The notes under the pieces are model-generated. The model searched no databases and was not told where the DNA came from. It saw only the letters and a program-made list of their open reading frames with translations. DNA of 64,000 nucleotides, taken from assembly GCA_963765675.1 (NCBI GenBank), contig CAVXXK010000001.1:1696001-1760000 (forward strand), written 5' to 3'. Position 1 is the stretch's first letter. Each line of letters begins with the position of its first letter. Below, one piece after another: positions 57,506 through 64,000 of the stretch. Source of the stretch: an uncultured delta proteobacterium. Its GTDB lineage: Bacteria; Desulfobacterota; Binatia; Binatales; Binataceae. A program made the translations under genes and the position numbers.

Positions 57506-60253
57506 CTATACATCCTTGAAGGCTTTCTTCTTTTGGGTTGATTCGATCGCGGCTTGGGCTGCCGCCAGGCGGGCTACCGGTAGGCGATACGGCGAGCAGG
57601 AGACGTAGTCGAGGCCTAAGCGGTGGCAGGTTTTTACGCTGGCGGGGTCGCCGCCGTGCTCGCCGCAGATTCCGATCTTGAGCTTCCTGTTCGATTTGCG
57701 GCCGCGCTCGATCGCGATTCGCATCAGCTCGCCGACGCCGCTCGCGTCGAGTTCCTGGAACGGATCTTTTTTGTAGATTCCGCGCGTCACGTAGTCGTTC
57801 AGGAACTTCGAGGAGTCGTCGCGCGACAGGCCGTAGGCCATCTGCGTCAGGTCGTTGGTGCCGAAGGAGAAAAATTCCGCCGACTCCGCGATCTCGCCCG
57901 CCATCACACAGGCGCGCGGCACTTCGATCATCGTGCCGATCGTAAAGGCAACCTTCGTGCCGGTCTCCGCGAATACTTCCTTGGCCACCTCGCGAATCTC
58001 ACCCGCAAGGATGTCGAACTCTTTCTTGTCGCCGATTAGCGGAAGCATGATCTCGGGCAACGCCTTGACGCCATTCTTGCGCAGCTCGCACGCCGCTTCG
58101 ATAATCGCGCGCGCCTGCGCCTTGTAGATCTCCGGATAGCTGATGCCCAGGCGCGAGCCGCGATGCCCCAGCATCGGATTGAACTCGAACAGGCTGTCGC
58201 GGACCTGTTTCAGATGCGCGGGCGTGACGCCGATCTTCGCGGCGAGGTCCGCGATCTCGGCGTCCTCCTTGGGCAGGAATTCGTGCAGCGGCGGATCGAG
58301 CAGGCGAATCGTAACCGGCAGCGGCGCCATCTCCTTGAGGATGCCGACAAAGTCCTGGCGCTGCATCGGCAGGATTTTCGCGAGCGCCGTGGCGCGCTGC
58401 TTCGCGTTCTCCGCGAGGATCATCTGGCGCACCGCTTCGATCCGCTCGGGGTCGAAGAACATATGCTCGGTGCGGCACAGGCCGATTCCCTCGGCGCCGA
58501 ATTCGCGCGCGACGCGCGCGTCGTTGGGCGTATCGGCGTTGGCGCGCACGCCGAGCTTGCGCGTCGCGTCGGCCCATCCCATGAATTTTTTGAGATGCGC
58601 CGGCATCTCGGGCTGCACCGTCGGCACGCGGCCGATAATCACCTCGCCCGCCGAGCCGTCCAGCGTCAGGTACTCGCCGCGGCGGACAACGTGGCCCTCG
58701 GCGCTGAGCGTTCCCGCGTTGTAGTCGATCTCGAGCGCGCTGCATCCCGCGACGCAGCACTTGCCCATCCCGCGCGCGACCACGGCGGCGTGACTGGTCA
58801 TCCCGCCGCGCGCGGTGAGAATTCCCTCGGCCACCTGCATCCCGTGGATGTCTTCGGGCGAGGTTTCGACGCGCACGAGAATCACGGGACGGCCCGCGGC
58901 GCTGACGGCGACCGCCTCTTCGGCGGAGAATGCGACTTCGCCGAACACGGCGCCCGGCGAGGCCGGGAGTCCGCGCGCGATGACCTGCTTCTTCGCGCTC
59001 GGGTCTAATCGCGGATGCAGAAATTGATCGAGCGTCTCCGGCTCGACGCGCGTCAGCGCGACCTTGCGATCGATCAGCTTCTCGTCGGCCATATCGACCG
59101 CGATTCGAACGGCAGAAATCGCGGTGCGCTTGCCGTTGCGGGTCTGGAGCATGAACAGGCGTTCGCGCTCGATCGTGAATTCCATGTCCTGGCAATCTTT
59201 GAAATGGCGTTCGAGGCGCCCGCCGATCGCGACCAGCTCTTTGTAGGCTTTCGGAAAAGTCTCTTCGAGCGTCGAATGATCGCGCTTGCGTTCGGCCTCG
59301 CTCATCCCGACCCGCTCGGCCATCTTGCGCCCCGCGACAAGGCTGTTAGGACGCGGAGTGCGGACGCCGGCGACGACGTCTTCGCCCTGCGCGTTGGGCA
59401 GGAACTCGCCGTAGAGGCCTTTCTCGCCGGTTGCGGGATCGCGGGTGAAGGCGACGCCGGTCGCGCAATCGGAGCCGAGATTTCCGAACACCATCGATTG
59501 CACGGTGACGGCGGTGCCCCAATCGCCGGGGATATTGTTGATGCGGCGGTAGGTGATCGCGCGATCGTTGTTCCACGAGCCGAACACGGCGCCAATCGCC
59601 TCCCAGAGCTGCTCGTTCGGATCCTGCGGAAGGTCGCGGCCAACGCGGCGGCGGATCAGATCGCGGAACTCATCGACCAACTCGCGCAGATCATCGACTG
59701 AAAGATCAACGTCCTGCTTGACGCCGCGCGCGGCTTTCTTTTTGTCGATCAATTCCTCGAACGGATCGGCGTCGTTCTTGTTCTCGGGTTTGAGCTTTAA
59801 GACGACGTCGCCGTACATCTGGCAGAAGCGGCGATAGGAATCCCACGCGAAGCGCGGATTTCCGGAAACCGCTTCGAGTCCCTTCACGGTTTCGTCGGTG
59901 AGGCCCAAGTTGAGCACCGTGTCCATCATCCCGGGCATCGAGACTCGCGCGCCCGAGCGCACGGAGACCAACAGTGGATTGGTCGAGTCGCCGAATTTGC
60001 GCCCGAGCGCTTTTTCGACCCGCGCGACGCTTTTCTTGACGCCCTCGGCGAGGCCCTTCGGGTAAGTATTTTTGTGCGCGTAGAAGTAGTTGCAGACCTC
60101 GGTCGAAATCGTGAAGCCGGGAGGGACCGGCAGCTTGAGCGAGGCCATCTCGGCCAGGTTCGCGCCCTTGCCGCCCAGCAGATTACGCATCGCGGCGCGG
60201 CCCTCAGCCGCTCCCGCGCCGAAAAAGAAAATTTCAGGATGCACTCGAGCCAT
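57506..60253 (-). CDS. ppdK: Pyruvate, phosphate dikinase
   Basis: 'LLGGKGANLAEM', 'VSVRSG..SMPGMMDT', 'GGMTSHAAVVARG', 'GIGLCRTEHMF', 'GICGEHGG'. Confidence 0.98.
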   Translation of the reverse strand: MARVHPEIFFFGAGAAEGRAAMRNLLGGKGANLAEMASLKLPVPPGFTISTEVCNYFYAHKNTYPKGLAEGVKKSVARVEKALGRKFGDSTNPLLVSVRSGARVSMPGMMDTVLNLGLTDETVKGLEAVSGNPRFAWDSYRRFCQMYGDVVLKLKPENKNDADPFEELIDKKKAARGVKQDVDLSVDDLRELVDEFRDLIRRRVGRDLPQDPNEQLWEAIGAVFGSWNNDRAITYRRINNIPGDWGTAVTVQSMVFGNLGSDCATGVAFTRDPATGEKGLYGEFLPNAQGEDVVAGVRTPRPNSLVAGRKMAERVGMSEAERKRDHSTLEETFPKAYKELVAIGGRLERHFKDCQDMEFTIERERLFMLQTRNGKRTAISAVRIAVDMADEKLIDRKVALTRVEPETLDQFLHPRLDPSAKKQVIARGLPASPGAVFGEVAFSAEEAVAVSAAGRPVILVRVETSPEDIHGMQVAEGILTARGGMTSHAAVVARGMGKCCVAGCSALEIDYNAGTLSAEGHVVRRGEYLTLDGSAGEVIIGRVPTVQPEMPAHLKKFMGWADATRKLGVRANADTPNDARVAREFGAEGIGLCRTEHMFFDPERIEAVRQMILAENAKQRATALAKILPMQRQDFVGILKEMAPLPVTIRLLDPPLHEFLPKEDAEIADLAAKIGVTPAHLKQVRDSLFEFNPMLGHRGSRLGISYPEIYKAQARAIIEAACELRKNGVKALPEIMLPLIGDKKEFDILAGEIREVAKEVFAETGTKVAFTIGTMIEVPRACVMAGEIAESAEFFSFGTNDLTQMAYGLSRDDSSKFLNDYVTRGIYKKDPFQELDASGVGELMRIAIERGRKSNRKLKIGICGEHGGDPASVKTCHRLGLDYVSCSPYRLPVARLAAAQAAIESTQKKKAFKDV

Positions 60254-60326
60254 TTCAGGTATCGTCTCCAATCCCCGCGTCGGCGGGTCCGATAGTAACT
60301 GCCTTGATGTTACGGCAGTTCGATTT

Positions 60327-61664
60327 CTATTTGGTCCATCCGATCTTGTCGCTCACTACTTCGACCAGCCGCGCGATCGGCACGCGCTCCTGCGTGGTCG
60401 AGTCGCGATCGCGCAGCGTGACGGTGTCATCTTCCATCGTCTGATGGTCGATCGTCACGCCGTAGGGCGTTCCGACTTCGTCCTGCCGGCGATAGCGGCG
60501 GCCGATCGAGCCCGCCTGATCATACGCGGTCGTGAAGTGGCGCTGCAAAATCTCGCGCACCGCATTCGCCTTCTCGGGCTGCCCGCCTTTGCGCAACAGC
60601 GGATAGATCGCAACTTTGATCGGCGCGAGGCGCGGATCGAAGCGCATCACGATGCGCGCCTCGTTCTCGACGATGTCTTCATCATAGGCGTCGAGCATGA
60701 ACGCGAGCATCGCACGGTCCACGCCGAGCGCGGGCTCGATCACCCACGGGCGGTAGCGCGTCTTCGCGTCTTCGTCGAAGTAGGTAAGGTCCTTGCCGCT
60801 GAACTTCGCGTGCTGATCGAGATCGAAGCTGCCGCGCTTGGCGACGCCTTCCAGCTCGCCCCATCCGAACGGATAGAGAAACTCGATATCGGTGGTGCCG
60901 CTCGAATAGTGCGAGAGCTCGTCGCTCGCGTGTTCGCGGCGGCGCAGATGCTCGGCCTTAAGGCCGTACTTCACATGCCAGTTGAAGCGGAAATCTGACC
61001 AGTAGGCATACCACTTCGCTTCCTCTGCGGTATCGGGGCGGATGAAAAACTCCATCTCCATCTGCTCGAACTCGCGGGTGCGGAAGATGAAATTTTCGGT
61101 GGTGATTTCGTTGCGGAACGATTTTCCGATCTGCGCGACGCCGAACGGCAGCTTGACGCGCTGGGTATCGACCATGTTCTGGAAGTTCGCGAAAATTCCC
61201 TGCGCGGTTTCCGGGCGGAGATAAACGACCGAGGCGGTGTCCTCGACCGGGCCGAGGAAAGTTTTGAACATCAGGTTGAAGTTGCGCGCCTCGGTCAGCT
61301 CGCCGCCACAATCGGGACATTTGCCGCCCGCGATCTTGTCGGCGCGAAAGCGATGCTTGCAAACTTTGCAATCGACCAGGGGGTCGGTGAAGTTCTGCAG
61401 ATGCTGCGACGCTTCCCAGGTTTTCGGATGCTGAAAAATCGCGGAGTCGAGCCCGAGCACGTCGCTGCGGTATTGGACCATCTCGCGCCACCACGCTTCC
61501 TTGACATTGCGCTTGAGCTCGACGCCGAGCGGGCCGTAGTCGAAGGTCGAGCCGAGGCCGCCGTAGATATCGCTGGTGGGAAAGACCAATCCGCGCCGCT
61601 TGCACAGGTTGACCAGCTTCTCCATCGTGACCGCGTTTTTCCGCGGCGGATTTTCGTCAGACAA
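60327..61664 (-). CDS. glyQS: Glycine--tRNA ligase, homodimeric alpha2 type
   Basis: 'DYGPLGVELK', 'YLRPETAQG', 'GKSFRNEI', 'FRTREFEQME', 'GSIGRRYRRQDEVGTP'. Confidence 0.96.
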   Translation of the reverse strand: MSDENPPRKNAVTMEKLVNLCKRRGLVFPTSDIYGGLGSTFDYGPLGVELKRNVKEAWWREMVQYRSDVLGLDSAIFQHPKTWEASQHLQNFTDPLVDCKVCKHRFRADKIAGGKCPDCGGELTEARNFNLMFKTFLGPVEDTASVVYLRPETAQGIFANFQNMVDTQRVKLPFGVAQIGKSFRNEITTENFIFRTREFEQMEMEFFIRPDTAEEAKWYAYWSDFRFNWHVKYGLKAEHLRRREHASDELSHYSSGTTDIEFLYPFGWGELEGVAKRGSFDLDQHAKFSGKDLTYFDEDAKTRYRPWVIEPALGVDRAMLAFMLDAYDEDIVENEARIVMRFDPRLAPIKVAIYPLLRKGGQPEKANAVREILQRHFTTAYDQAGSIGRRYRRQDEVGTPYGVTIDHQTMEDDTVTLRDRDSTTQERVPIARLVEVVSDKIGWTK

Positions 61665-61693
61665 ACTTCTCTCCCAAATTGATCGATTGCCGA

Positions 61694-62248
61694 TCAGCTT
61701 TTTACGGCGTTCGTCGCGAGCGTGATAATCTCCGCGCTCGTGACCTTGCCGCGCGCGACTTCGAGTATCGCCACGGTCCCCGGCACGTTGACGAGGTTGT
61801 GCGGCAGCGTGGCGCTGCCGGGATTCACGACCAGGATCGAGCCGTAGCGCACGATACCCTCGACGTGGCTGTGCCCCTGCACGATCACGTCGACCGGGCC
61901 GCCGAAGTTGCGCTCGATCGCGCGGGCGAAAACCTCGTCTGAGGTTTCGTCGGGTGTCGGCACGGCATGCACGAGACCGATTCGCACGCCCTCGATCTCG
62001 AGCAGATGGGCCTCGCGTACGCGAGAGTCGGGATCGAGCCTGAAGCGATGGCCGTCAAGGCCCTCGTCGCCGTTGCCCATCGCGGCGATCACCGGCGCGA
62101 TTTTGGCCAGCTCGTCGAGCACGCGATTCACATAGACGTCGCCGGCGTGCATCACCAAATCGACGCCGCGAAATACCTCGAAGACCTCGGCGGGCAGATG
62201 CTCGCAGGCTTCGGGGATATGAGTGTCGGAAATCAGACCGATTCGCAT
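61694..62248 (-). CDS. YfcE-like metallophosphoesterase
   Basis: 'ISDTH', 'HAGD', 'GNGD', 'GHSH', 'NPGS'. Confidence 0.9.
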   Translation of the reverse strand: MRIGLISDTHIPEACEHLPAEVFEVFRGVDLVMHAGDVYVNRVLDELAKIAPVIAAMGNGDEGLDGHRFRLDPDSRVREAHLLEIEGVRIGLVHAVPTPDETSDEVFARAIERNFGGPVDVIVQGHSHVEGIVRYGSILVVNPGSATLPHNLVNVPGTVAILEVARGKVTSAEIITLATNAVKS

Positions 62249-62419
62249 TTCGATACGTCCGGAGTGGAGATCCTCCGAAACGCGAAGGGTAAAGGCTATC
62301 ATGGGAGGACGGCGGCGGCAATTTTGCCGAATTCGCGGCGCATCGGGAAGCGTGCTAAAAGCGCTCACGTGCATCGCGGATGCGCCGGAATGGGGATCGG
62401 CGCTGATGCTGGAGGAATC

Positions 62420-62752
62420 ATGAAGGCATGGAAAATTCTCGCGGCGGCTGCCGCAATCGGAATGACGCTCGCGCTCGCGGGATGCGGTCATAAGCTGGTC
62501 GCTCTGCAAGGCGAGAAATCGGTGCCGATGTACCCGGACGAGCAGACATACACCAAGATCTCGTCGCTCAAGCAGCAGGGCGGCGTGCAGGGGATGCTGG
62601 GCAGCGTCGGGCAGGGGTTCGCGGCCAAGCAGATCGACGACCAGACGCCGGTCAAGGTGATCTCGACCGATGACAACGGCGCACAGGTGGAGATCATCGA
62701 CGGTCCAATGAAGGGGCAGTCGGGCTTCGTCGCAAAGCAGAACCTGGAGTGA
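62420..62752 (+). CDS. Small hypothetical lipoprotein (possible SH3-like C-terminus)
   Basis: RBS GGAGG; lipobox LAGC; 'VEIIDGPMKGQSGFV'. Confidence 0.78.
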   Translation: MKAWKILAAAAAIGMTLALAGCGHKLVALQGEKSVPMYPDEQTYTKISSLKQQGGVQGMLGSVGQGFAAKQIDDQTPVKVISTDDNGAQVEIIDGPMKGQSGFVAKQNLE

Positions 62753-63076
62753 GCGGGTCGGCTCGCATCGGATGGCGATGATTTGAGAATCATAAAGCTG
62801 TTTTAACGGTGGCTTCGTTTGGGCTGTTTTCGTTCGTGCCGAAATAAGAACAGCTTGTAAATACTCGATAATTTGACGGGAAAAGTGGCTTCATTACACT
62901 TTTTCGCGAAATGCGAATCTCGGAAACATGCAGCGCTGGGAGGACTGGAGTCCTCAGGTTTTTTTGACGCGATTGAGGATCGAAGCTCTGGGGGTTCAAT
63001 TCCATGCGGACAGGATTGCACGGAATGGGATTGAGCATAAGGCTGAACAGTTCAGCCATGAACAAATCTGGCAAAA

Positions 63077-63096
63077 AACCTAACGATCGTTAGGTT
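63077..63096. promoter_or_regulatory. Perfect 20-bp palindrome, operator-like
   Basis: AACCTAACGA/TCGTTAGGTT. Confidence 0.45.
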
Positions 63097-63116
63097 GATG
63101 GCGCGTCGCTCGAAGT

Positions 63117-63293
63117 CTGATTCCTCGCCCTGAAAGGGAGAGGTTAGGCGAGGGTCCGAATTCAGCGCGACGCGCAGCGACGCGCGATTACAAAAAGAGA
63201 AGACGCAGAGCAGCACCCTCACCCGCGCGTCACGATGCTTGCGAAAAGAATCGCAACCATCGCGCCGCGCCGCCCTCTCCCGGAGGGAGAGGG
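63117..63293. repeat. REP-like doublet (CCTCGCCC..GGGAGAGG / CCCTCACCC..CCCTCTCCC..GGGAGAGGG)
   Basis: Left arm matches the interrupted copy at 57160..57415 (3 mismatches in 43 bp); right arm resembles 10664..10684. Confidence 0.75.
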
Positions 63294-63426
63294 TATATTC
63301 GGGATCGTCGGCCGTGCGGATTTCACTAATCGCGCGAAGGAAATCGTCAATCGACTATTTCGTATTTCTGCCAGTGGCGGCCGACGGCCCGTCGGCTGAA
63401 GCGTAGCGTCGCCTTCGTCGCACGCG

Positions 63427-64000
63427 CTACGAGGCTTTGCGGTAGTCGCGGGGGGCGGTGCCGATTACGCCGGCGGCTTCGAGTTCTGATAGTTCCGCGT
63501 CGGTCATCCCTAACAACTCGCGGAAGACTTCGGCGTTGTGCTCGCCAAGGAGAGGCGCGGGAACGTGTTGCGATGCGGGCGTTGCCGACATCCGGGCTAC
63601 GGCGCCGGGATATAGATGCGTTCCCACGACGGCGCGCTCGACCGGAACGAAGTAGGCGCGATCCTGCAGCTGCGCGTCGCCGAGCACTGCCGGCGCCGAG
63701 TTTACCGGCGCCGCATAGACGCTCGCAGCGTGCAGACGGGCGACGGCGTCCTCTGCGCTAACCGTGGCGAGCGCGCGGGTCAGCTCGGCGTCGAGCGCGT
63801 CTTCGTTTGCTTTGCGATTTGATGCGTCGATGAAGCGCGGGTCGGTTGCGAGGCGCTCGAGTCCGAGAGCGCGCGCAAGAACGCGCCACTGATCGTCGGT
63901 CTGTGCGGCAATCGCGATCCATGCGTGCTCTTCGTCGCCGGCGCAGCGGAAGATTCCGTGCGGCGCGAATTGCGGATGCCGGTTTCCGCGAGGCGCGGGG
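63427..64000 (-). CDS. Class III CoA-transferase, C-terminal part; 5' end outside window
   Basis: Frame open to window edge: 'RGNRHPQFAPHGIFRCAG..WIAIAAQTDDQW..DAQLQDRAYF..APLLGEHN'. Confidence 0.9.
   Translation of the reverse strand, partial: PAPRGNRHPQFAPHGIFRCAGDEEHAWIAIAAQTDDQWRVLARALGLERLATDPRFIDASNRKANEDALDAELTRALATVSAEDAVARLHAASVYAAPVNSAPAVLGDAQLQDRAYFVPVERAVVGTHLYPGAVARMSATPASQHVPAPLLGEHNAEVFRELLGMTDAELSELEAAGVIGTAPRDYRKAS

Overview
GC-rich bacterial chromosomal segment, probably from a deltaproteobacterium-like lineage such as Binatota or Desulfobacterota (inferred from gene content only). It is mostly housekeeping: ffh-rpsP-khpA-rimM-trmD-SPOUT-rplS, comM, ileS-lspA, aroCKB, priA, def-fmt-rsmB, rlpA, rpe, tRNA-Pro(CGG), plsY, glnB, glyQS-ppdK, a peptide ABC transporter and three class III CoA-transferases. 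Accessory blocks are a GT-C/UbiA surface-glycosylation-like locus with two paralogous secreted proteins, a Hen1-Pnkp RNA-repair operon, an ECF sigma/anti-sigma/Spy-like module, and a 2-kb islet bracketed by a duplicated rsmB 3' end. The best candidate for a new system lies in that islet. A membrane-targeted leader ORF ends in an RPPP (RAPP-like) arrest motif, and its Pro codons are the exact complement of the Shine-Dalgarno sequence of the downstream MgtC/DUF4010-like membrane protein gene, across a structured spacer. Also seen are a 209-bp MITE-like element with a 5-bp target duplication nested in a REP-like repeat, and an unannotated 33-aa membrane protein. Many genes, including essential ileS and lspA, carry single-base-insertion frameshifts that are most likely consensus-sequence errors. 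All family assignments come from motif recognition by eye; no database search was run.
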